Source: an uncultured Gemmatimonadales bacterium (lineage in GTDB: Bacteria > Gemmatimonadota > Gemmatimonadetes > Gemmatimonadales > GWC2-71-9). Taken from it: DNA of 64,000 bases. Of the stretch, positions 18,535-27,651 are shown in pieces (position 1 is the stretch's first letter; the number at the start of each line of letters is the position of its first letter). Under the pieces are notes generated by a model, which saw only the letters and a program-made list of their open reading frames with translations, did not search any database and was not told the DNA's origin. The position numbers and the translations under genes were made by a program. The stretch spans positions 448,001 to 512,000 of the forward strand of contig CAVZZO010000001.1 in the NCBI GenBank assembly GCA_963779755.1, read 5' to 3'.

Positions 18535-21491
18535 GCCTGGAGCACCTTTCCACCGCCTTGGCCGGCCGCTACCGGATTGAGCGGGAACTGGGTGCCGGCG
18601 GGATGGCGACCGTCTACCTCGCGGCCGACCTCAAGCACCACCGCCAGGTCGCCATCAAGGTGATGCACGAGGAGCTCTCCGCGGCGATCGGGGGCGAGCG
18701 GTTCCTCCGTGAGATCACCACGATCGCCAGGCTGCAGCATCCGCACATCCTGCCGCTGATCGACTCCGACAGAGCCGGAGGCATGCTCTACTACGTGGCA
18801 CCCTATGTCCGCGGCGAGACCTTGCGGGAGCTGCTGACCAGGGAGGGCCGGCTCGCCCCCGACCGGGCCGCGGCGCTGGCCCTCGAGATCGCCGATGCCC
18901 TCGCCTATTCGCATCGCGAGGGCGTGGTGCATCGCGACATCAAGCCGGAGAACATCCTGCTCCAGGAAGGGCACGCCGTCCTCGCCGACTTCGGCGTGGC
19001 CCGCGCCCTGACCGCCGCCGGTGGGACCACCATGACGCAGGCGGGGTTTGCCGTGGGGACCCCGGCGTACATGAGCCCCGAACAGGCGACGGCGTCCCCG
19101 GTGATCGACGGGAAGGCGGACATCTACGCCCTGGGCTGTGTGCTGTTCGAGATGCTGGCCGGTCAGCCCCCGTTCACCGGCAGCAACCTCCAACAGGTTG
19201 TCGCCGCCCATGTCACCACCCCTGCGCCGGCGATCGGCAGTATCCGCGACGACACTCCGCCCGCCCTCGCCGACCTGGTGACGGCCTGTCTCGCCAAGGA
19301 TCCGACGGCCCGGCCGTCCGCCGCCGTGGTCGCCGAGCGGCTCAAGACCACCACGTCGGGCGTATCGGCTGCATCCCGCGCCGGTGGGCGGGGGCGCCTG
19401 ATCGCCCTCACGGGAGCCGCATTGGCACTCCTGGCTGCCGGCGGGTGGTGGGCCCTGGGACGCAAGGCCACCTCGTCGACATCCATCAGCGGCGACGCCT
19501 CCGAGATCGCGGTCATGCCCCTCTCGGCGATCTCCGACAGCTCGCTGGCGCGGCTGGGCCAGGATCTCGTGGTGACACTCAGCACCACGCTCGATGGCGT
19601 CGGCGAGTTGCACACCGTCGATGCGCCGACGCTGCTGCTCAACACCCGGGATGCCCCCTCGCCGCTCCCTCTCGACCGGGCTCGCGAGATCGCGACCCGC
19701 CTCGGCGCCGGCAGTGTCCTCACGGGAACGTTGATTCACGAATCGGGACAGGTGCGGGCGGCGGTCGCGCTCTATCGGGTCGGTGAGGACACCGCGATCG
19801 CCCGGGCCAGCACCCTGGCACTCGCGGAGGATATCTCGGCCCTCACGGACTCCCTCACGTGGCAGGTGCTCCGGCAGGTCTGGCGCGGCGGGGCACCGCC
19901 GTCGCCGGTGCTGGCCGGGCTCACCACCTCCTCGTTCGAGGCGCTGCGGCACTTCCTCGACGGCGAGCGACACTTCCAGCAGCTCGACGTGGACGCGGCG
20001 ATTGCCGAGTATCGCCGCGCGTTCGAGCTCGACTCCAACTTTGTCCAGGCCTACCTGCGCTACGATGCCGCGCGGACCTGGAGCCTTGAGAACGCCGACT
20101 CTGCCGCTCATGCCCGCCTGCTGGCCCTCGCCGGCCGGCTGCCGGACCGCGAGCGGCTCTGGCTCGAGGCTACCGAACAATCCGGGCCGCTGCCTGAGCG
20201 GGTGGCCCGCTGGCAGGAGCTGATCCGACGCTACCCCGACTATCCGCCGGTCCTGATGTCCGGCGTGGACGGCATCGTGCACTCCGGCCCGGTCTATGGA
20301 ATCGACCTGGCCGGGGCGCTCCCCGTGCTCGCGCGGCTGGCCCGGCTCACGCCAGACAATGCCGACGTCTGGATGCACAAGGGCGCCGTGGAGGAAGCAC
20401 TCGGGAAGTCGGCAGAGGCGGCGCAGTCCTTCCAGCGGGGAGCGACAGCCGCACACGGGTTCTTCGGAGAGTTGCTGGCGACCACGGCCGCGATCAGCCG
20501 CTCGCTCGCCACGCCCGGCCAGCCGTTGCCCGATGATTGGGGTAACGCGGCGGTCCGCGCCTATGCCGACCTGCCCGCCGGAAACCGCCAGTTGGTGCTC
20601 AGCGGCCTGCTGTCCTTCGTCGATGGTCGGATTCCCGAGCGACTGGCGCTGGTCGAGAAGGCACAGCGCGACGGGCGCTACCAGGGAGAGGTCCTGACGA
20701 GTTCGCGGTTTGGCGAGGGGGTGCTGCGCATCGCCCGGGGAGACTGGACCGGCGGAGTGGCGGCGCTCCGCCAATACGAGGCCGCCAACGGTTCGGTCAG
20801 CGACCGACTCAGCGCCGCACGCCTCGCGACCGTCGGCGCCTGGCTCGGGATGGTCGATCCGGCCGTGGCCGCTGCTGCCATCGGTCGCGTCAGGGCCATG
20901 CCCGATGTGGAGCAGCAGGCCACCGACCGGATCGAACTGCAGTGGCTCGCGGGACTGCTGGCGATCGTGACCGGCGATGCGCCGGCCGTGGAGCGCACCA
21001 GCGCGACCCTGCGCAAGGAATCCAATCCGGTCGCGGCTCATGCCGCGGCATCCCTCCGGGCCGAGTGGCTCGTCAAGGAGGGCGCCGAGGGCGCGGCGGA
21101 CTCCGTTCAGGCGGTCAGCGATGCCATGATGCGAGAGGGGAAGTATCTCTTCGTGGCGGAGGTCGTCAATCGTTTCGTGATCGCCCGCGCGCTGCGCAAT
21201 CGTGGGCAGCCCGCCGCGGTCGAGCGCTACCTGATGTGGACCGACGCGCAGGTCAACACGGCCAGGACCTGGAGCATCCGTTTCGCTCTCGGCCCACTGG
21301 CGCAATTCGAGCGTGGCATGGCACTGGAAGAGGCCGGCAATCACGCCGGCGCTGTATTGCAGCTCTCCCGCTTCCTGGCCACGGTTGACCCGTCAGCGAC
21401 CGGGCAGCAGACGATGATCACCGAGGCCAGGCGTGTGGTGTCGGAGCAGGTCGGCGCCGACAGTGCCCCGAAACAGGGACTCGCCCCGTGA
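18531..21491 (+). CDS. Ser/Thr kinase + TM + TolB-N-like + long helical/TPR-like region (start revised to 18531)
   Basis: ATGA overlap gives MSLEHLSTALAGRY; kinase motifs; IAVMPL; Ala-rich helical repeats. Confidence 0.88.
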   Translation: MSLEHLSTALAGRYRIERELGAGGMATVYLAADLKHHRQVAIKVMHEELSAAIGGERFLREITTIARLQHPHILPLIDSDRAGGMLYYVAPYVRGETLRELLTREGRLAPDRAAALALEIADALAYSHREGVVHRDIKPENILLQEGHAVLADFGVARALTAAGGTTMTQAGFAVGTPAYMSPEQATASPVIDGKADIYALGCVLFEMLAGQPPFTGSNLQQVVAAHVTTPAPAIGSIRDDTPPALADLVTACLAKDPTARPSAAVVAERLKTTTSGVSAASRAGGRGRLIALTGAALALLAAGGWWALGRKATSSTSISGDASEIAVMPLSAISDSSLARLGQDLVVTLSTTLDGVGELHTVDAPTLLLNTRDAPSPLPLDRAREIATRLGAGSVLTGTLIHESGQVRAAVALYRVGEDTAIARASTLALAEDISALTDSLTWQVLRQVWRGGAPPSPVLAGLTTSSFEALRHFLDGERHFQQLDVDAAIAEYRRAFELDSNFVQAYLRYDAARTWSLENADSAAHARLLALAGRLPDRERLWLEATEQSGPLPERVARWQELIRRYPDYPPVLMSGVDGIVHSGPVYGIDLAGALPVLARLARLTPDNADVWMHKGAVEEALGKSAEAAQSFQRGATAAHGFFGELLATTAAISRSLATPGQPLPDDWGNAAVRAYADLPAGNRQLVLSGLLSFVDGRIPERLALVEKAQRDGRYQGEVLTSSRFGEGVLRIARGDWTGGVAALRQYEAANGSVSDRLSAARLATVGAWLGMVDPAVAAAAIGRVRAMPDVEQQATDRIELQWLAGLLAIVTGDAPAVERTSATLRKESNPVAAHAAASLRAEWLVKEGAEGAADSVQAVSDAMMREGKYLFVAEVVNRFVIARALRNRGQPAAVERYLMWTDAQVNTARTWSIRFALGPLAQFERGMALEEAGNHAGAVLQLSRFLATVDPSATGQQTMITEARRVVSEQVGADSAPKQGLAP

Positions 21492-21607
21492 CCCTCGGCA
21501 CGGCGGCATCATCTACCGGAAGGGCCGAAGGCCACCTCGGTGAACTATCTTCGGGTGATGCCGGATTGGATCGCGAAAATGAAGCGGCTGGCCGACGAGG
21601 CAAACCG

Positions 21608-22612
21608 GTGAAGCACCTACTGCAGCGAGCGCTCCTGGCGCTCGCGACCGTCATGATCCCCGCTGCCGTGACGGCCCAGACAGCCATGTCCGGCAACCCC
21701 GTCCTGCCGGGCTGGTACGCCGATCCCGAGGCCCACGTCTTCGCCGGTGAGTACTGGATCTATCCCACCACCTCGGACCGTTACGACAAGCAGGTGTACC
21801 TCGACGCCTTTTCCTCGCCCGATCTGATCACCTGGACGAAGCATTCCCACGTGCTTGATACCGCCAATGTGAAGTGGGCGCACCGCGCGATGTGGGCGCC
21901 GTCCATCGTGGAGAAGGACGGCTGGTACTATCTCTTCTTTGGCGCCAACGACATCCAGAACGACAGTACCCTGGGCGGTATCGGCGTGGCGCGGAGTCGT
22001 TCCCCCGGCGGGCCGTTCACCGACTGGCTGGGCCATCCGCTGATCGACAAATTCCATAACGGCGCCCAGCCCATCGACCAGATGGTCTTCCGGGACGTGG
22101 ACGGCAGCTATTACATCGTCTATGGCGGCTGGGGACACTGCAATATCGCCCACCTCAACGCCGACTTCACCGGCTTCGTTCCGTTCGCCGACGGCACCAG
22201 GTTCAGGGAAATCACGCCCAACGGGTATGTCGAGGGCGCCTTCATGCTGATCCGTGGCGGCAAGTACTACTTCATGTGGTCGGAGGGCGGCTGGACGGGG
22301 CCCGACTACGCCGTGGCCTATGCCATCGGTACCTCGCCCTTCGGGCCGTTCGAGCGGGTGGGCAAGATCCTGCAGCAGGATTCCACCGTGGCTACCGGTG
22401 CCGGGCACCATTCGGTGCTGCACGCCCCGGGTTCGCCGCACTGGTACATCGTCTATCATCGCCGCCCGCTGGGGGAGACCGATCGTGATCATCGGGCGGT
22501 GAGTATTGAAGAGCTGCATTTTGATTCGGCGGGCCGGATCCTGCCGGTGAGGATCACGTTCACCGGGGTGGCGGCCGATCCGTTACACGCGGCTCCACAC
22601 GGCGGACGCTGA
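21608..22612 (+). CDS. Secreted glycoside hydrolase family 43 (arabinanase/xylosidase-like)
   Basis: NPVLPGWYADP, WAPS, PIDQ, YVEG and GAGHHS motifs; signal peptide KHLLQRALLALATVMIPAAVTA from GTG 21608. An alternative GTG start lies at 21488. Confidence 0.88.
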   Translation: MKHLLQRALLALATVMIPAAVTAQTAMSGNPVLPGWYADPEAHVFAGEYWIYPTTSDRYDKQVYLDAFSSPDLITWTKHSHVLDTANVKWAHRAMWAPSIVEKDGWYYLFFGANDIQNDSTLGGIGVARSRSPGGPFTDWLGHPLIDKFHNGAQPIDQMVFRDVDGSYYIVYGGWGHCNIAHLNADFTGFVPFADGTRFREITPNGYVEGAFMLIRGGKYYFMWSEGGWTGPDYAVAYAIGTSPFGPFERVGKILQQDSTVATGAGHHSVLHAPGSPHWYIVYHRRPLGETDRDHRAVSIEELHFDSAGRILPVRITFTGVAADPLHAAPHGGR

Positions 22613-22633
22613 CGTCTTGTGCCTTGCCCCGCC

Positions 22634-22657
22634 CCCCCTCCCTACACCGGGAGGGGG
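22634..22657. terminator. GC hairpin between the convergent GH43 and multicopper oxidase genes
   Basis: CCCCCTCCC-tacacc-GGGAGGGGG; no U-tract; resembles the palindromic element family in this window. Confidence 0.45.
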
Positions 22658-22703
22658 ACCCGGGGCCGATTCAGCCGCGACGTGGGGCCATCCTTCCAGC
22701 AGG

Positions 22704-24005
22704 TCACATCGCGTGCTCGCAGTGCATCTCCGCATGCTGCGGCATTTCGCCGGCACGCACCACTTCGAAGTTCGCCATCATCCCCAGAGCATGGTGCTCC
22801 AGGATGTGGCAGTGATACATCCACATCCCCGGCCGGTCGTCCGGCATCCAGACGATGCGTGCCGTGGCCCGGGGCGGCAGGTTGATGGTGTCCTCCCAGG
22901 AGCGGTAGGCGGGGGGCTCGCCGTTGATCGAGAGCACCTGGAAGAAGAACCCGTGCAGGTGGAAGGGGTGGTCCATCATGGTGGTATTGACCACATCCCA
23001 CACCTGCAGCTCGCCCACCGTGACCGGCGCGTCGTGATGGTGCCGTTCGCCGTTCACCCGGAAATCGAGCCCCTGCCGCCAGTTGAGACCGGCGCCCAGC
23101 TTCACCGTCCGGGTCGGGGCGGCAGACGCGGGGGCGAGCGGCGCGATGGTACTCAGACGCTGCGGAATGGCCGCCCGGGAGGGCCGTGCTGCTCCCACGC
23201 GCAGCGTGGCGAAGCGTTCGGTCCCCCGCTTCTTCATGGTGAACCGGTTATAGGCCAGCGCCTCGACCGGCAGCACCTGGCCCTCGGCGAACGGGCCGGC
23301 CAGCAGCTCCACCCGGTCGCCGGGAGGCAGCAGGATTTCGTTTGCTTCCACCGGCTGCTCCAGGAGACCGCCACCGCCGGCGATGATCCGGAAAGGCAGG
23401 CCCCCGATCGACAGGCGGATGTAGCGGGCGCTGGAGGCGTTCACGATCCGCCACCGTTCGACCTGCCCGGCCGCCATCGTCAGCTCCGGCTCGGCCACGC
23501 CGTTCACCAGCCGGATGTCGCCCTCCCGGCCGTCGTGCCGTTCCCGGAAGCCGCCGAACTTGGCGAAACGGCCCTTCCAGTCCAGTCGCACGTCGTCCAG
23601 TACCAGAACCCGATCGGCATCCACCACGGGCTCGGCCGGGCCGCGCACCACGATCGCCCCGTAGAGGCCCTTCTCCAGCTGCACCGTCTCGTTGGAGTGC
23701 GAGTGATACCAGAAGGTGCCGGCATCGGGCAGCTCGAAGCGATATTCGAAGGTTTCGCCCGGCTGGACCGGACGCTGGGTCATCTGGGTGCCGTCCATCG
23801 CCGAGGGAACCCGCAGACCATGCCAGTGGATGGTGGTGGGCTCGGGCAGACGGTTGGTCAGCCGCACGACCAGAGTGTCACCCTGCTCGGCTTCGATCAC
23901 CGGACCCGGGACCTGGCCGTTATAGCCCCAGCCGGTCACCTGCACTCCGGGTGCCACGGCCCAGTCAGTCTCCCGGGCTTCCAAGTCCATTGATACGATA
24001 CGCAT
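22704..24005 (-). CDS. Multicopper oxidase (three-domain type)
   Basis: All four Cu-binding motifs: HWHG, WYHSH, HPFHLHG and YHCHILEHHALGMM; no obvious signal peptide. Confidence 0.93.
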   Translation of the reverse strand: MRIVSMDLEARETDWAVAPGVQVTGWGYNGQVPGPVIEAEQGDTLVVRLTNRLPEPTTIHWHGLRVPSAMDGTQMTQRPVQPGETFEYRFELPDAGTFWYHSHSNETVQLEKGLYGAIVVRGPAEPVVDADRVLVLDDVRLDWKGRFAKFGGFRERHDGREGDIRLVNGVAEPELTMAAGQVERWRIVNASSARYIRLSIGGLPFRIIAGGGGLLEQPVEANEILLPPGDRVELLAGPFAEGQVLPVEALAYNRFTMKKRGTERFATLRVGAARPSRAAIPQRLSTIAPLAPASAAPTRTVKLGAGLNWRQGLDFRVNGERHHHDAPVTVGELQVWDVVNTTMMDHPFHLHGFFFQVLSINGEPPAYRSWEDTINLPPRATARIVWMPDDRPGMWMYHCHILEHHALGMMANFEVVRAGEMPQHAEMHCEHAM

Positions 24006-24052
24006 CGTCGTCTCCTTGCAGTGCCGGTTGGGGGCGGTCAGCGATAGATGGC

Positions 24053-24074
24053 GGGGCCGCCATCCGGCGGCCCC
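24053..24074. terminator. Hairpin between the Cys-rich peptide and the multicopper oxidase
   Basis: GGGGCCGCC-atcc-GGCGGCCCC perfect 9-bp stem. Confidence 0.5.
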
Positions 24075-24081
24075 TGGTACG

Positions 24082-24153
24082 TCAGGCCGCGCAGGCGCAG
24101 GACGGCTGGCAATTGCAGTGCTGGCAGCACCGGCACTTCGCCTGGTCGGTCAT
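24082..24153 (-). CDS. 23-aa Cys-rich metallothionein-like peptide MTDQAKCRCCQHCNCQPSCACAA
   Basis: AAGGAG Shine-Dalgarno about 7 nt before the ATG; 7 Cys in CxC/CC motifs plus 1 His; directly upstream of the multicopper oxidase on the same strand. Confidence 0.72.
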   Translation of the reverse strand: MTDQAKCRCCQHCNCQPSCACAA

Positions 24154-24307
24154 TGTGTTGCTCCTTCCTGAGTGAGTATTGGACGGTCCTTCCTGACGCG
24201 GCCATGATAGCCCGGGAGGACGGGAGGAGCTTGAACGAAAGGGCTGTCTTTCCGCCGACGCGCTAACTGCCGATATTGTCACGGGTTTCAGGCCAGGGAG
24301 GTCGCCG

Positions 24308-25066
24308 TTGACGATTGCAGGACGCGGGGCGGTACACCTCTGGCCGGGGGGGACGCTGTGGATCGGAACGGCCTTCCGCCCCACTGATCCGCACGAGCAT
24401 CACGCCATCCAGATCTCGCTCGGCGGACCGGGCACCATTCAGTTCCGCCTGGGCCACGAGTCCACACCGCGGGTCTACCCGGGATGCATCATCGCCCCCG
24501 ACCGGCGGCACGCATTTCACGGCGACGGTAACCTCTTTGTCCATATCTGGATCGAGCCGGAATCGGCGGAGGGGCGGCGACTGCTGGGACGCCTGGGTGG
24601 CCGGGAGATCATGGATGCCCCGGCCGAGGTCAGGGAGGCTGCCCGCGCACTCTTTCCCGCCTGGGAGCGGCGGGCGACGGGCGAGGAGCTGATGGCCATG
24701 GCCCGGGCGGTGATCGGTGCCGCCGCCGGAGGCGAGCCGCCGGTGCCGGCCACCGATCCGCGCATTCTGCTGGCCATCCGGCTGATTCGATCCCGATTGT
24801 CGGGTCAGGTACGGCAACAGGATCTCGCGGCGGCCGTCAACCTGTCTCCCGGCCGGTTCCGTCATCTCTTCGTGCAGGAAACCGGTATGAGCTTCCGGAG
24901 CTTCGTGCTCTGGCAGCGGCTGCACCATGTCTTCGCGGCGATCGGCCCGGGCGGCCCGTCGCTCACCCAGGTGGCGCACGACGCCGGCTTCGCCGACGCG
25001 GCCCACATGACGCGGACCTTCAAGCGCATGCTGGGGCTGGCACCGAGCCAGCTGGCACCGGTGTAG
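24308..25066 (+). CDS. AraC-family transcriptional regulator, divergent from the peptide/MCO unit
   Basis: N-terminal cupin-like HEHHAIQ; C-terminal double HTH LAAAVNLSPGRFRHLF and VAHDAGFADAAHMTRTFKRMLG. Confidence 0.9.
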   Translation: MTIAGRGAVHLWPGGTLWIGTAFRPTDPHEHHAIQISLGGPGTIQFRLGHESTPRVYPGCIIAPDRRHAFHGDGNLFVHIWIEPESAEGRRLLGRLGGREIMDAPAEVREAARALFPAWERRATGEELMAMARAVIGAAAGGEPPVPATDPRILLAIRLIRSRLSGQVRQQDLAAAVNLSPGRFRHLFVQETGMSFRSFVLWQRLHHVFAAIGPGGPSLTQVAHDAGFADAAHMTRTFKRMLGLAPSQLAPV

Positions 25067-25177
25067 CGTCAGGCGGCCCCCTCCTTGGCTGGGGGGTGCC
25101 TTCGCCCCATCTTAGAAGGACGCTGCAGTCCCCAGCCTCTGATCCGAAGCGATTGCCTGGGCGGCCAACGACGCTAC

Positions 25178-25389
25178 CTTGCCGTCTTGCCGTCTTGCCG
25201 TCTTGCCGTCTTGCCGTCTTGCCGTCTTGCCGTCTTGCCGTCTTGCCGTCTTGCCGTCTTGCCGTCTTGCCGTCTTGCCGTCTTGCCGTCTTGCCGTCTT
25301 GCCGTCTTGCCGTCTTGCCGTCTTGCCGTCTTGCCGTCTTGCCGTCTTGCCGTCTTGCCGTCTTGCCGTCTTGCCGTCTTGCCGTCTTG
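25178..25389. repeat. Perfect octamer tandem repeat (CTTGCCGT)x26 + CTTG
   Basis: Counted directly; abuts an RBS-like GAGG and the ATG of a kinase remnant. Confidence 0.97.
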
Positions 25390-25399
25390 AGGATCCTCC

Positions 25400-25595
25400 A
25401 TGGCCGATGTCCTGACCAGGCAGCCCCCACCGGCTCTTCCACACGGATGCCGCAACCGGCGTCGACTACGCGCGGTACGCTGTGGCGGCCGACGGACGAT
25501 TTCTCATGGTGGGTCAGGGTGAGGGCGCAGCACGCCCCGCGCTGGTGCGGGTGGAAGGGTTCGTGAAGGACCTGCTGGAGCGGCCAGGCAGGTAG
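25400..25595 (+). pseudogene. Kinase-propeller gene reduced to its two ends
   Basis: ATG GCC GAT GTC CTG ACC (MADVLT, as in 38670 and 52784) is joined out of frame to ...RLFHTDAATGVDYARYAVAADGRFLMV...ALVRVEGFVKDLLERPGR*. Confidence 0.8.
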
Positions 25596-25661
25596 CTGGC
25601 GCCTTCCGCCGCGATGCCAGCACCTTCGGGTCTTGCCGGCTTGCCGTCCTGAGGAGCTCAT

Positions 25662-27143
25662 ATGAGTGATGTCCTGACCAGTCTCCAAGCCGCCCTGGCC
25701 GACCGCTACCAGCTGGAACAGCAGCTGGGCGAAGGGGGTATGGCCGCGGTCTATCTGGCCGATGACCTGAAGCACGGCCGCAAGGTGGCCATCAAGGTGC
25801 TGCGGCCCGAACTCTCGGCCATCATCGGGGCCGAGCGCTTCATCCGCGAGATCCGGACCATCGCGGCGCTGCAGCATCCCCACATCCTGGGGCTGATCGA
25901 CTCGGGCGAAGTGCAGGGCACGGCGTATTACGTCATGCCCTATGTGGAGGGTGAGTCCCTGCGGGACCGGCTCAACCGGGAGAAGCAGCTGCCGGTAGCG
26001 GAGGCGGTGCGGATCGCCACGGAAGTAGCGGGGGCGCTGGACTACGCCCACCGGCACGGAATCATCCACCGGGATATCAAGCCCGAGAACGTGATGTTGC
26101 ACGACGGCAGCGCGCTGGTGGCGGACTTCGGGATCGCGCTGGCGGTCTCCAGCGCGGGCGGGACCCGGATGACGGAGACGGGGATGAGCCTGGGGACGCC
26201 GCACTACATGTCTCCTGAGCAGGCGATGGGAGAGCGGGAGATCACGGCACGGAGCGATGTGTACGCCCTGGGGGCGATGACCTACGAGATGCTGGTGGGG
26301 GATCCGCCGTTTACCGGGAGCACGGCGCAGGCGATCGTGGCGAAGGTGGTGACGGAGACGCCGCGGCCGATGCTGCCACAGCGGCATACCATCCCGCCCC
26401 ACGTCGAAGCGGCGGTGCTGACAGCGCTGGAGAAGCTCCCGGCGGATCGCTTCGCCAGCGCGGCGGAATTCAGCGAGGCGCTGAACCGGCCGGGGCTGGC
26501 ACCCGCCACGACCAGAGCAATTTCAGCTGGCGGGCGTGCAGCTCCACCAGGCGCTCGCGCCTGCGGGATCCCCTGTTCATCGCGGTGGCTGCGGTGGCGG
26601 TGCTGGCGCTTGCCGGTGTGGCAGTGCTGCTCCGGCCCAGGCCGGCTCCGGCGGTAGTGCCTCCGATCCGGTTCGTGCTCACCACCACCGACAGCACCAG
26701 ACCGGCTCGCAGTTTCCCCTGGCCCGCGGCCATCTCGCCCGACGGCGGAACCGTGGTCTACAGCGTCTCCCCCGTGAACTCCAGCGGCGCTTTCCTTACG
26801 GCCCGGCTGTACTTCGTGCGCACCAACCAGCTCCAGGCACGGGAGATTCCCGGGACCCTCGGGGCGGCCCAGCCGTACTTCTCGCCCGACGGGCAGTGGG
26901 TGGGATTTGAAGCGCAGGGTAAGGAGCGTAAGGTCAGGCTCGACGGCAGCGCGCCGGTGACGATCGCCGAGGCCGGCGCCTATAATGGCGTCGACTGGAC
27001 CGTCAACAACGAGATTCTCCTGGGAACCTGGGGGCCATTTGCCGGTCTCTCCCAGGTGAGCGCTGCCGGCGGAACGCCGGCCGCCCTGACCCAGGTGGAC
27101 ACCACCAGGGGAGAGCGGAGTCATCTCTGGCCGCTCAGCACCC
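25662..27143 (+). pseudogene. Frameshifted, truncated duplicate of kinase 30186..32885
   Basis: Intact kinase domain; 1-nt deletion near 26545 (gctccacc versus gctcccacc in the paralog); propeller part nearly identical to the paralog until it breaks off after HLWPLST. Confidence 0.88.
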
Positions 27144-27415
27144 AAGGTGCTGCGGCCGGAGTTGGCGTCGGTCCTTGGCCCCGCCCGGTTCCTGGCCGAG
27201 ATCAAGACCACGGCCAGCCTGCAGCACCCGCACATCCTCCCCCTGCATGATTCGGGTGAAGTGAACGGTACCGTGTTCTACGTCATGCCCTTTGTGGAAG
27301 GCCGATTCCGATGGCCAGGCTGGATGACCCCGCGCTGGTGGCCGAGCGCCACACCTTCGCGGTCGGCGCGGGCCGTTTCTTCTTCAGTCTCTACGACCGG
27401 CAGAGTGATATCTGG
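27144..27415 (+). pseudogene. Two joined fragments of a duplicate of kinase 32941..35574
   Basis: 27144-27302 matches 33067-33225 (KVLRPELASV...MPFVEG); 27311-27415 is identical to 35410-35514. Confidence 0.85.
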
Positions 27416-27560
27416 ACAGGCCTTCGACAAAGCCGAGAGCCGCCTTGTTCTCCGGCTGGCAATACGCCGTGATCCCGTCCCAATGCCGCTCGATCGATTC
27501 CGCGAACTTCTCGAAGGGCTTGAGCCGCTGCCACCGCAGCGCGCGACGCCTTTTAGGTTT
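27416..27560 (-). mobile_element. ISL3-family transposase fragment
   Basis: Minus-strand RLKPFEKFAESIERHWDGITAYCQPENKAALGFVEGL resembles the ISL3 C-terminal catalytic region. Confidence 0.7.
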
Positions 27561-27651
27561 CGACCATCTTGAATGTCTTTGGATTCCTTTGCGCTCTTCG
27601 CGGTGAATCGCGAAACACCCGGCGTCGTGGAGCCGTCGCATGCGGCAGGCC

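Noticed and set aside
25178..25389. Possible CRISPR array
   Set aside because: Contiguous 8-mers with no spacers, and no cas genes in the window.
25085..25566. ORFs encoding PSCRLAVL / RQDGKTAR repeats
   Set aside because: They are translations of the stop-free octamer repeat in all six frames, with no evidence of a real protein.
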